Translations under genes and position numbers: made by a program
Source: Deltaproteobacteria bacterium
GTDB taxonomy: Bacteria; Desulfobacterota; DSM-4660; Desulfatiglandales; HGW-15
Reading direction: 5' to 3'
DNA: 64,000 bases
Assembly: GCA_016931115.1 (NCBI GenBank)
Contig: JAFGFM010000080.1
Coordinates: forward strand, 7,577-71,576
In this document: positions 19,414 through 28,756 of the stretch, one piece after another
Position numbering within the stretch: position 1 is the stretch's first letter
How the letters are laid out: every line of letters starts with the position of its first letter
Notes under the pieces: generated by a model
The model's input: only the letters and a program-made list of their open reading frames with translations
Databases searched by the model: none
Told to the model about the DNA's origin: nothing

Positions 19414-21031
19414 AAAACCTATGGAGATATGTGAACTGCACTGAAAGCCAGTCCCTGTCTTTATAGAGCTGATCAAAGGCGATATCCCGATCAGGTTTCC
19501 TCTTATAATTGGTGAAACATGGCCCTGCTACAAATTTGAAAGAGGAGCTGTACCCCTGCCTGCGCAGCCCTATCCCTGCTTGATATGATTCAAGCGGCGG
19601 AGAAGCCGCAACGCTTATAACGGCATTCTCAATTTCACTCGTATCCTCATAGTAGCGCCCGAAAATGCTGGCGAACCAGATGCCATGCCAGTCTCTTTCC
19701 ATAACTGCGCTGATTGATTTTGATCTGAAGCCCGGACTCTCCTTTGACCATCCCGCATTTAAACGCATTACCCAGTTTTCAGCCATCGCATAGTTTAAAC
19801 CTCCCTGGAGTGAATACCGTAATTCACGATTCGTAGTATCATCTATCCTGAATTCAGCCAGGGTGCGCAAGCGACGTGTAATAACATTTTCAAAGGCAAG
19901 ATGACCGCTCTTTGTATTATAACTGTCTCTCAACCTTGTAACAGTTACCCCCAGTTCATAGCCAGGTGAGACAGCATCATGCTGAAAAGATATCCCAGCA
20001 TCTACATATCCGATATCCGGAATATATTCCCAGCGCAGACCCGATGACACATTGTATCCCTTTGGACTGGCATTTTCATACCCATTTAGTTCACCAATAA
20101 ACTCTTCAAGCACATCAAAAATGTGCCTGTAATATTCATTTAGCCATAAGGCGCGAAAGGTCTGGTAACCGTCATAGAAGCCTGCGCCGGCAGTTATTGC
20201 AAGATTTTTATCAAGGCTGTAACTGGTATTAAATTGAAGCCCTATCCTGTCAGCGGCCAGGGTTTTCTCTCTCCTGTTACCCAGGTATTCTGAAAGGTAA
20301 TCAGCCTCAATACGACGCCATGAAAAAGCAAGATCAATATCCATTTTCCTGCCCTCACGATGGTATCCAACAGAGCTCTCTGTTACAAATACATCGGAAG
20401 CGCTCAGTGATGATAAATCAATTATACCATCATGTGTGATCTGCTGATCCGCTTCTGAAACAGGCAGGGTATGCATATCATGTGCCTCTGGTTCCCTGAG
20501 ACCGTTAATAGAATTTATGATTTCATAAAGTTTTTCAAGCCCGTCAAAACCTGCCTGTTTATAAACCACGGTTGGCGGAAATGCACCCGCTTCTGCCCCT
20601 GTAGCATCAATTATGGCCAGATATGGCAAAGCGGAGCCACCATAGAGATCCAGTAGTTTGCCTCCGGTATCTTCCAGAACCATACTCATCTCGGTATCCT
20701 CAATAAATGCGCTCATGTCATCCGGCCTGGCAGTATCGGAGTTAATCGAGATGACCTGGACCTTTATACCATGAGGATTTCCTGACCGGGCCTTATAGTA
20801 TTCCTGAATCCCGGTCTCAATCTCCCATGAAGCAGCTAAACAGTGAGGGCAACTGGCACTGAAAAAATCAAGGAGTACAATCTGCCCATAGAAATCATTC
20901 AGGCTGACTTGCTTTTCTGTTCCATGTTCCAACAGGGTGAATGGAGGGGCAACTTCACCGGCATTCCACGCCATACCACCCACTACTGTAATAAACAGCA
21001 TCATTATCAAACATATTTTAATGCGTTTCAT
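19412..21031 (-). CDS. TlpA/redoxin (CPHC) domain fused to an outer-membrane beta-barrel (DUF3570-like)
   Basis: Signal peptide, APPFTL, FFSASCPHC, then alternating beta strands ending in F. ATG 21031 overlaps the upstream TAA. Confidence 0.7.
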   Translation of the reverse strand: MKRIKICLIMMLFITVVGGMAWNAGEVAPPFTLLEHGTEKQVSLNDFYGQIVLLDFFSASCPHCLAASWEIETGIQEYYKARSGNPHGIKVQVISINSDTARPDDMSAFIEDTEMSMVLEDTGGKLLDLYGGSALPYLAIIDATGAEAGAFPPTVVYKQAGFDGLEKLYEIINSINGLREPEAHDMHTLPVSEADQQITHDGIIDLSSLSASDVFVTESSVGYHREGRKMDIDLAFSWRRIEADYLSEYLGNRREKTLAADRIGLQFNTSYSLDKNLAITAGAGFYDGYQTFRALWLNEYYRHIFDVLEEFIGELNGYENASPKGYNVSSGLRWEYIPDIGYVDAGISFQHDAVSPGYELGVTVTRLRDSYNTKSGHLAFENVITRRLRTLAEFRIDDTTNRELRYSLQGGLNYAMAENWVMRLNAGWSKESPGFRSKSISAVMERDWHGIWFASIFGRYYEDTSEIENAVISVAASPPLESYQAGIGLRRQGYSSSFKFVAGPCFTNYKRKPDRDIAFDQLYKDRDWLSVQFTYLHRF

Positions 21032-21357
21032 TATGGTGTACCCCCTGCCACACACGATCCGCATTCCGCTGACTGCCCACCCATGAAGGAGGCTGAGCTT
21101 GATTCAAACTGTGTAAGCAGTTTATCCTGATAACTAAAAATTGCTGATCCGTTAAACTGCATATTGGGCTTGGAAACAAGCCTTAGATCCTTTTTTGTTA
21201 TACTCACACATCCACCCATAAACAAGATGCCACAAAGCATGATCACTGCCATACAGTGTAAAATCCAGCGTCTGCCTGCAGCCTGTGCATGGGTTTGCAG
21301 TATAATCATTTTTCCCATTTTAGTTCTCCTGAAACATAAATGAATAAAATTTTGCAA
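21031..21357 (-). CDS. DUF4266-like small lipoprotein
   Basis: Lipobox MGGC. VSKPNMQF...GG...CGSC tail. The true start may be downstream of 21357. Confidence 0.6.
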   Translation of the reverse strand: MQNFIHLCFRRTKMGKMIILQTHAQAAGRRWILHCMAVIMLCGILFMGGCVSITKKDLRLVSKPNMQFNGSAIFSYQDKLLTQFESSSASFMGGQSAECGSCVAGGTP

Positions 21358-21397
21358 CCGCGAATTGAGGCTAATAAACGCTAATTAATTTTTATTG

Positions 21398-21425
21398 TTC
21401 GCGTCCATTCGCGTTATTCGCGGTT
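21398..21425 (+). repeat. ATTCGCG-type repeat, right direct copy (inverted arm aaccgcgaat at 21356)
   Basis: ttcgcgtccattcgcgttattcgcggtt. Confidence 0.8.
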
Positions 21426-21429
21426 TCTA

Positions 21430-23553
21430 TTAATCTTCTTTATAAGACTCCCTGAAAAGATTCAGCCTGTAATATTTACCCTTTTTTGCCATTAGCTCTT
21501 CATGATTTCCCTGCTCAATAATTTTCCCGTGGCCCATAACTATAATCCTGTCCGCCTTTTTTATTGTAGAGAGCCTGTGGGCAATAACCAGGGTTGTCCT
21601 GCTTGCTGTCATTCGGTTGATAGCGTCCTGTATCAGCCTTTCTGACTCAGGATCAACGCTTGATGTCGCCTCATCAAGTATAAGGATGTCCGTATCATAT
21701 GCAAGCGCACGTGAAAAGGAGAGCAGCTGCCGCTCCCCTCCTGAGAGTGAAGTTCCACCCTCACTTATTTCCTGGTTGAATCTATCAGGAAGTTTATCTA
21801 TGAACCATTTTGAATTAGCCTCACTCGCTGCCTCTTCTATATCATCAGCGCTGATCAGATGATTACCAAGAGAGATGTTTTCCATGACATCACCTGAGAA
21901 CAAAAAAACATCCTGCATCACAAGCGAAATACGTGACCTAAGCGCAGCCTTTGAAATCTTTCTTATATCTACGCCATCAAGAAATACAGCCCCTTTATCA
22001 GGATCATAGAATCTCTCTATAAGGTTTACAAGAGTACTTTTTCCTGCCCCTGTTGCACCGACAACAGCAACCATCTCACCAGGATTGATTGTAATATTTA
22101 TATCCTGTAACACAGGCCTGCCCTTTTCATATGAAAAGGTTACATCCTTGAATTGTATTCGTCCCTTTTTGATTTCAATATTTACGGGTGATTCCGGGTC
22201 AGGGATCACCTCACCATTATCCATAAATTCAAATATTCTCTCGGTTGAGGCCATGGCAAGCTGCATAATATTGTATTTTTCAGATATATCACGTATTGGC
22301 CTGAAAAACATCTGGATGTAACTGATAAAGGCAACAAGGGCGCCAAGGCTGATATTCTCAGATATCACCCTGCCTCCCCCATACCATATAATAAGCGCAA
22401 CCCCTACAGCAGATAACAGCTCCATAACAGGGACAAAGATCGCAAAGAGATGGAGCTGATTCATTCCTGCCACATAGTTTTCATGATTAAGACCGGAAAA
22501 CACCTTCATCTGGTGCTTTTCTCTTGTAAAAAGCTGAATGATCTTTATTCCTGCTATCTGCTCCTGCTGGAAGGCGTTCAGTTTTGAAACCTTTTCACGC
22601 AGAGCCCTGAATGCATCCCTCATCATCCTGCTTACAATAATGGTAAAGATAAAGATAACAGGCAGTAAGGTAAAACTGATCAGCGCAAGTCGTATGTTCA
22701 GAAAAAGAAGCATGCCTATTATTCCAACCAGTATAAACACATCGGTAAACAGGGTTACAAGAACTGACTTGAACATCTCATTTAAGTTCTCAATATCATT
22801 TGTGACCCTTGTTACCAGACGCCCTACAGGATGTTTGTTAAAAAAGGAAATGGCGCGCCCCTGTATACGTTCAAAAAGGGTAATCCGGATATCCTGCATG
22901 ATATTCTGACCGATATATTCAAGCAGATAATAGTCAAGGTAATTAAGTCCAAAGGTTACTAAAAGTAAAACAATAAGAAATATCCCTACATTTGCAAGGC
23001 CATCAAAATCAGATGCCCTGACCCTGTGGAGCAGATCAGGAGAAAGCTTATCAATTACAGACTTTGGTACTGCAATGCGTCCGTCTGACAAAGTAACCGG
23101 CTTATCTGTTATTGAAGTCTCATTTAAGAGTATAGAATATTTACTGCTATCAAGCAGATACCACTGCTCTCTGGATAATAATCCATCTGCCCTGTATTTT
23201 TGCAGTATGGCAGGATCAATCTTTTTAACTTCACTCCTGTGAAAATAGGCGGTTTTATTGTTAACGCCCTTTATCAGTATATCTCTGTGTTTAAGAATAA
23301 ACTGCTCTGAGGCCTCTTTATCAGAACTAATAAATGTTATTTGTTCCCATGAAGAGAGTATATACCTATCAATAGCAATCTTCGTAAGATAGGGTAATGC
23401 CAGGTCCAGAAGGGTAATTATGACAGCGACTGTGAGCGCGAGGACAATAATTTTCTTATAGGGTCTGGCGTATTCTGCCAGCCTTTTTAAAAGCCTTATA
23501 TTGTATGGCTTACCCAGTTGCCCCTCTTCCATGTATCCAAAATCGGCCTGCAT
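21430..23553 (-). CDS. ABC exporter half-transporter (TMD+NBD) with large loop insertion
   Basis: GATGAGKST, LSGGERQ, ILDEATSS, AHRLST. Confidence 0.93.
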   Translation of the reverse strand: MQADFGYMEEGQLGKPYNIRLLKRLAEYARPYKKIIVLALTVAVIITLLDLALPYLTKIAIDRYILSSWEQITFISSDKEASEQFILKHRDILIKGVNNKTAYFHRSEVKKIDPAILQKYRADGLLSREQWYLLDSSKYSILLNETSITDKPVTLSDGRIAVPKSVIDKLSPDLLHRVRASDFDGLANVGIFLIVLLLVTFGLNYLDYYLLEYIGQNIMQDIRITLFERIQGRAISFFNKHPVGRLVTRVTNDIENLNEMFKSVLVTLFTDVFILVGIIGMLLFLNIRLALISFTLLPVIFIFTIIVSRMMRDAFRALREKVSKLNAFQQEQIAGIKIIQLFTREKHQMKVFSGLNHENYVAGMNQLHLFAIFVPVMELLSAVGVALIIWYGGGRVISENISLGALVAFISYIQMFFRPIRDISEKYNIMQLAMASTERIFEFMDNGEVIPDPESPVNIEIKKGRIQFKDVTFSYEKGRPVLQDINITINPGEMVAVVGATGAGKSTLVNLIERFYDPDKGAVFLDGVDIRKISKAALRSRISLVMQDVFLFSGDVMENISLGNHLISADDIEEAASEANSKWFIDKLPDRFNQEISEGGTSLSGGERQLLSFSRALAYDTDILILDEATSSVDPESERLIQDAINRMTASRTTLVIAHRLSTIKKADRIIVMGHGKIIEQGNHEELMAKKGKYYRLNLFRESYKED

Positions 23554-23566
23554 ATTTATTTAGTCC

Positions 23567-25363
23567 CTATTCAATATCCTGTGACATAACCTGCTTTTTA
23601 TAGAGCCTGCTGAATTCAATACCATTGGCAAGCAACGCCCGGTAATCACCTGTTTCTACTACCATTCCATCCTTCATTACCACTACAATATCCGCCCTGC
23701 TAATAGTGGATAGCCTGTGAGAGACAATGATGTTTGTTCTTCCCTTTCTCAGGCTTATTATTTCGTTAAGGATCTCTTCTTCTGTCCTTGTATCTATCAT
23801 GGATAAAGAGTCATCAATAATCATTATTGGGGGATCAAGTATCATTGCCCTTGCAATGGTCAGGCGCTGTTTCTGACCACCTGACAGGGTAACGCCCTTT
23901 TCTCCAACTATTGTATCCATACCCATTTCAAGTGCCATAACATCTTCATATAGCCTGGCACATTGCAGAGCCTTTACTATTGTTTCTTCTGTTATGTTGT
24001 CTCTTCCAAAAACAATGTTGTTTTTAATGGTGTCTGAAAATATTACAGGCTCCTGGGTTATAAAACCTATGCCTTCACGTAAATAATTCAATGGAATATC
24101 ACGGAGATCTGTCCCATCAATCGATATAATACCTGCCACAGGATCAATAAGCCGGGGGATAAGGTTAAGCAGTGTGGATTTCCCTGAGCCTACCATGCCG
24201 CAAAGAGATACTGTCTGGCCGCTATTAATGATTAGGCTGATATCCTGCAACGCAGGGATAGTTTTCTCCGGGTAGTTAAAACTCACACGGCTGAAATTGA
24301 CTTCACCCTTTTCTATCCTGTAATTATCATTAATAACATGAGACCGGATTTCAGGCGCTTCATCAAGTATCATGTTGATTCTGCGCATGGAGGCCGCACC
24401 CCGCTGAAAAAGATTGGTCACCCACCCCATTGCCATCATGGGCCATGTCAGAAGATTAAGATAACCAATGAAGGCCACAAAGTCGCCTGTTGAGATATCG
24501 CCCAGGATTGCTAGCCTGCCTCCGAAAAAGATGACTATGGCAAGCCCTGTGTTTGTAAAGATTGTCATGACCGGAAAAAAAAAGGCAAGGGTGCGGGCCA
24601 GTTTGATATTTTCACTGGCATAGTTTTCACCCTCTTTTTTTACCTTTTCATAAGTCCAGTTTTCTCTCACAAAGGACTTAACAACCCTTATCCCTGTAAA
24701 GGTTTCTCTTACAGCTTCAGTGAGATCCGAAAATGTTTTCTGGACTGTATCGTACCCCCTGGACATCCTTTTTGTATAGACCCTTGCTATCACTATTATG
24801 AATGGCGCAGGTATAAGAGAAAGCATTGCAAGCCGGGGGCTGATATATATCATGAAACATATTGCGGCGATCCCTATAGTGATACTGTCAACAAGAGAAA
24901 CAAGACCCATACCGGCAGCCATCCTTATGGCATTAATATCATTTATTGACCTGGCCATGATATCGCCGGTTTTCATCCTGGTAAAAAAGGACATTGTTAA
25001 GGTCTGAAGGTGGCTGAAAAGCCTGTTCCTTAAAAGCTCTTCAACCTTTCGTGAAAAACCAAGGATACAGAGCCTCCATAAATACCGAAAGATGGCTATT
25101 AAAAGGGAGATACCCAGTATAACAGCACTGTATTTTATAAGAACTGCTGTTGTAGCACTTTTATATGAGAGGCCATCAACTACCTTTTTCAATACAACAG
25201 GGATAAGCAATTGGAGCAGGTTAACCGAGAGCAGGCAAAATAGCCCAACAGCAAGTCTGTACCTGCTGTCTACAATATAATCCTTCAGAGGCAGAAAATC
25301 CTTTGCGGTCTTAACAAGCGGGAGATTAATTTTTTTCATTCTGTTTTGGTGTTTTTCATCCAT
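23567..25363 (-). CDS. ABC exporter half-transporter (heterodimer partner)
   Basis: GMVGSGKST, LSGGQKQR, degenerate Walker B IIDDSLS, SHRLST. Confidence 0.93.
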   Translation of the reverse strand: MDEKHQNRMKKINLPLVKTAKDFLPLKDYIVDSRYRLAVGLFCLLSVNLLQLLIPVVLKKVVDGLSYKSATTAVLIKYSAVILGISLLIAIFRYLWRLCILGFSRKVEELLRNRLFSHLQTLTMSFFTRMKTGDIMARSINDINAIRMAAGMGLVSLVDSITIGIAAICFMIYISPRLAMLSLIPAPFIIVIARVYTKRMSRGYDTVQKTFSDLTEAVRETFTGIRVVKSFVRENWTYEKVKKEGENYASENIKLARTLAFFFPVMTIFTNTGLAIVIFFGGRLAILGDISTGDFVAFIGYLNLLTWPMMAMGWVTNLFQRGAASMRRINMILDEAPEIRSHVINDNYRIEKGEVNFSRVSFNYPEKTIPALQDISLIINSGQTVSLCGMVGSGKSTLLNLIPRLIDPVAGIISIDGTDLRDIPLNYLREGIGFITQEPVIFSDTIKNNIVFGRDNITEETIVKALQCARLYEDVMALEMGMDTIVGEKGVTLSGGQKQRLTIARAMILDPPIMIIDDSLSMIDTRTEEEILNEIISLRKGRTNIIVSHRLSTISRADIVVVMKDGMVVETGDYRALLANGIEFSRLYKKQVMSQDIE

Positions 25364-25383
25364 TGGTTTTTTCTGATTAACCG

Positions 25384-26922
25384 TTAATACCTGATCAGGT
25401 CATCTATAATCTGCCTCATCTCCATTTCTTCTGCATATAAATCATCCTGATCAAAATACCCGGCACCCAGTCGGTAGTACATGCCTCCAAAATTAAAAGA
25501 TGGGGTAGATCTATTAGGGTTTTCATAATTGAACAGTTTAACATATTGTTCCGGGATATCATTCTCAGTTTCGGGTGTAAGCAGGTCATCTTTTGTTTGA
25601 ATATCATAGTGATGGGCTTCGATAAGTCCTTTTTTAATGTAATCCATTACTGTATCATCAAAGGTCTCTTCTATCCATTTACAAAACGAACACCCTATAT
25701 GTGAAAACATGATAATAACCGGTTGGCCTTTACTGTTTCTATAGATATCTTTACCCGTTACTTTAAAGGTCGAGTACTGTTTAACAGGAGGTACACTCTT
25801 TTTTGTATTTGCCTGCTCTTTAAGATCAAGAGAGCCCTTTCTGTCTGTTTCTGAATATTTTATTATTTTCGCATTTTTTTTAATCTGTTCCGAATATTTC
25901 AACAGTTCTGAGGTAATATGCTCCTCTTCAAGGGTATACTCGATTGATTCCCTGGCATCTTCAAACGGTATAGAAAGCTCTTCAGCCTTATTGGTTACAT
26001 ATAATATATGATAGCCGTGCTCGGACTCTACCGGATCGGATATTTCTCCTGGCTTTAAACTAAAAGCTGCTTTATCAAGAGAAGGGATTGCAGAACCTTT
26101 TGTGATTACACCCAGACTCCCTCCAATTTGCCCTGTACTGTCAAAGGAATATTTCTTTGCTGATTCAGCAAATTTTTCAGGTGTTAGGGATTTCCTAATA
26201 CTTTCCGCCAACTCCTTTGCTTTATCCTTTGAGAGATCGCTTGCGCAGCCCTGACTTTCTTGGTGACAAATCAAAATATGGCTGAGCGCTATCTTTGCGG
26301 GCCTGTTGTAGTATTCATTATGAACTTTATAATATTCCCTGACCTCTTCATCTGAAAACTTTTTAGCCCCGAATTTCTTTATGTATAATTTTTGCAAGAT
26401 AAGTATTTTTTTAAAATAAAGCTCAGCATCCTCCATGGTCAATGATTTTGAGTCCAACCACTTTACAAAGGCCTCATCAGGAAAACGGAATAATTTAAGG
26501 TATCTTTCTTTCTCCTTTTTAGCCTGATCCTCTGTTATGCTGGCTTTAAAAGCATCTGCCTCACTACGCAGTAAAAGCTCAGAAATATAAAAATCAAGAT
26601 ATGAGTTTATGGTTAAATCTTTTAAGGATGTCCTGGAAAATCTTGATATCAGGAAATATAGATTATATTGTTTTAACAATTCATTGGTAAAAATGGTTTT
26701 GCCGTTAACCTCGGCTAAAATATCCCCTGCACCTGAAGTATCCACTTTCGATCCGGAAATAGCCGATTTTTTTTCATCCTCTGAACAGGCCGGCGATGCT
26801 ATGACAGTGATAATCAATAAAACAAAAACCGCAATAAAATTATTGAGGGTTAAAGCTGCCCTCTTTTCCAGTTTATTTTTATTGTAAAACATTTCTTTAC
26901 TCTCTTGCTCCAATAACAACAT
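25384..26922 (-). CDS. SurA/parvulin-type PPIase with C-terminal thioredoxin-like (CSFC) domain
   Basis: SurA-N-like LAEVNGKTI, parvulin SHILI...GGSLG...HGYHIL, then MFSHIGCSFCKW. Confidence 0.8.
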   Translation of the reverse strand: MLLLEQESKEMFYNKNKLEKRAALTLNNFIAVFVLLIITVIASPACSEDEKKSAISGSKVDTSGAGDILAEVNGKTIFTNELLKQYNLYFLISRFSRTSLKDLTINSYLDFYISELLLRSEADAFKASITEDQAKKEKERYLKLFRFPDEAFVKWLDSKSLTMEDAELYFKKILILQKLYIKKFGAKKFSDEEVREYYKVHNEYYNRPAKIALSHILICHQESQGCASDLSKDKAKELAESIRKSLTPEKFAESAKKYSFDSTGQIGGSLGVITKGSAIPSLDKAAFSLKPGEISDPVESEHGYHILYVTNKAEELSIPFEDARESIEYTLEEEHITSELLKYSEQIKKNAKIIKYSETDRKGSLDLKEQANTKKSVPPVKQYSTFKVTGKDIYRNSKGQPVIIMFSHIGCSFCKWIEETFDDTVMDYIKKGLIEAHHYDIQTKDDLLTPETENDIPEQYVKLFNYENPNRSTPSFNFGGMYYRLGAGYFDQDDLYAEEMEMRQIIDDLIRY

Positions 26923-26975
26923 GATAAACTATTAATAAAGGTAATCCACACTAGCAGGTAGTTATATCGTTATGA

Positions 26976-27191
26976 TCACTTTTCCTGAATTTTATTATTC
27001 ATAATTTCAAGCTTCTTTTCCATACATTTTTTAAAATCATAGGAGCCACGACGGTGACCAAATCTTATGCAATCATCGCTTGCCATTCTATATTGCCTTT
27101 TTGAGGGGTCTTTCGATCCGTCTATTGATGCGCAACCTGAAACTAATACTAGTGTAGATACAATAACAAGTAGCATTCTCCTGATTATCAT
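26976..27191 (-). CDS. small lipoprotein
   Basis: Lipobox VSGC, RBS aggag, two further Cys. Confidence 0.7.
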   Translation of the reverse strand: MIIRRMLLVIVSTLVLVSGCASIDGSKDPSKRQYRMASDDCIRFGHRRGSYDFKKCMEKKLEIMNNKIQEK

Positions 27192-27366
27192 GGTATTTAT
27201 CTCCTTATAGTTTCACGGATAAATTTAAACCTTAAACCCCTGTCTTTTATCATAAAGTCTATTTTTTGAATGTAACTTTTGAATTTTGCAGGAGTATAAT
27301 AAAGATATTTATTCAGGTCAATTCGTATAAAAATTAATTGTTTTATAATTGTAAGAGGCATATTGA

Positions 27367-27693
27367 TTGAAAATCCCTTATGATCATGATAAGAAACCTA
27401 ATAGCATACTTCAAAAAAGAATCAATTATTATGCATTGATCCGAGGACCTTCATATGGTTCACTTGACTTTGATGACCGTGAGGAGATCCGGACAGCTAT
27501 ACGGGAGAATCTTGAGTCACATGGTATACGTTTCCTGGAATATACATGGGTGTGGGATGAGGATGACAGATGCCTGTTACTGGTCGGTGAATATGAAAAC
27601 AAAATAGATGCCAGCCAATGTATTAAAAAATATGAATTATTGGGTTTTAAAACCTGCATCAAAACCAGCCTGCCGGGTGGTGCAGATATTTGA
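27367..27693 (+). CDS. hypothetical protein
   Basis: 108-aa ORF with gagg RBS. No recognised motif. Confidence 0.55.
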   Translation: MKIPYDHDKKPNSILQKRINYYALIRGPSYGSLDFDDREEIRTAIRENLESHGIRFLEYTWVWDEDDRCLLLVGEYENKIDASQCIKKYELLGFKTCIKTSLPGGADI

Positions 27694-27736
27694 TTAGAAT
27701 AAATAAGTAATTCAAATTTCAAAAAAGGAGACCAAA

Positions 27737-28132
27737 ATGAAGGGGAAAATTAAGCTTAACAAAACAAGTACAATCTATCTGGCAATTCCGGTGCTCATCT
27801 GTCTAATAACTCTGCTTCTCTGTGGCTGCACAAGCACAGGAAAAAATGAGACAACAACTATAAATAAAGCTACTGATCAGGTAGCAAAAAATGATGAATC
27901 AGGCAAAAGCACCACTGAGGATGACCAGAAAATAGTATGCCGTAATCTGCATGTCACAGGTTCACGTTTTAAAAACAGGGTGTGCGTTACAAAGGCAGAA
28001 TGGGCAATAAGAGATGGTAAAAACAAGGAAAAATTGGATGAATTCGATCGTGATGTGAGCGGGCGTACCGGTGTAAATACAGGTACCGGCGGAGATGGAA
28101 TGGGTGGAATGTCAAGCGGCATGCCGCGCTAG
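27737..28132 (+). CDS. lipoprotein (IVC..HVTGSRF...C motif)
   Basis: Lipobox LCGC, RBS aggag. Confidence 0.75.
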   Translation: MKGKIKLNKTSTIYLAIPVLICLITLLLCGCTSTGKNETTTINKATDQVAKNDESGKSTTEDDQKIVCRNLHVTGSRFKNRVCVTKAEWAIRDGKNKEKLDEFDRDVSGRTGVNTGTGGDGMGGMSSGMPR

Positions 28133-28151
28133 CAGCCGACAATAATTATTT

Positions 28152-28214
28152 TTATTAAAGCCCGGCATATTTTTCTCTTATAGATATAAGAATATCAATG
28201 CCGGGCTTTAATAA
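28152..28214. terminator. long inverted repeat / probable terminator
   Basis: ttattaaagcccggcat...atgccgggctttaataa (17-bp perfect arms) with an inner tcttat/ataaga stem. Confidence 0.65.
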
Positions 28215-28297
28215 TTTTTAATCTTACCCTCTATCCTTAATTTCAAAATCAATAATTTATCGCACAGAGTTCTTGTTGCACTTTTTCTCTGCTTGTA

Positions 28298-28756
28298 ATT
28301 ATAAAGACTTATTGGGGCATTGATAAATACGATCCTGACCGCGGTGAGATGTTTCCATGGCTGACCTACATTGCACGTAACTGTATCAGGAAGGTTATGC
28401 GGAGACATGGAAAGATGCGTGACATGGTAGACTTCTGGGAGATTATCGATCATAAACTTATCGAGACTGTGACAGATTTGGGTTCGAACATTATCCAAAA
28501 AGAGCTTCTCCAGCAGAAACAAACCGCAGAACTTGTTCGTATTACTATCACAAATTTACCGCTAAGATACCAGATGGCTTTACAGAGACATTACTTTGAA
28601 GACCTTTCACTCCATGAAATGGCTATGCTGGAAAAAAGCAGTGAAGGAGCAATAAAGATTTTACTTTACAGAGCAAGAGAGGCATTTCGCGATACCTTTA
28701 AAACCATCTCCACCTCATTAATTGAGAGAGGAGAGGAAGGGAGGATTACCCCATGA
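28298..28756 (+). pseudogene. 5'-truncated ECF sigma factor
   Basis: IIKTYWGIDKYDPDRGEMFPWLTYIARN (end of region 2) and region 4 LSLHEMA...SEGAIKILLYRAR. In-frame TAA at 28253 with no upstream start, so the first part of region 2 is missing. Confidence 0.75.
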
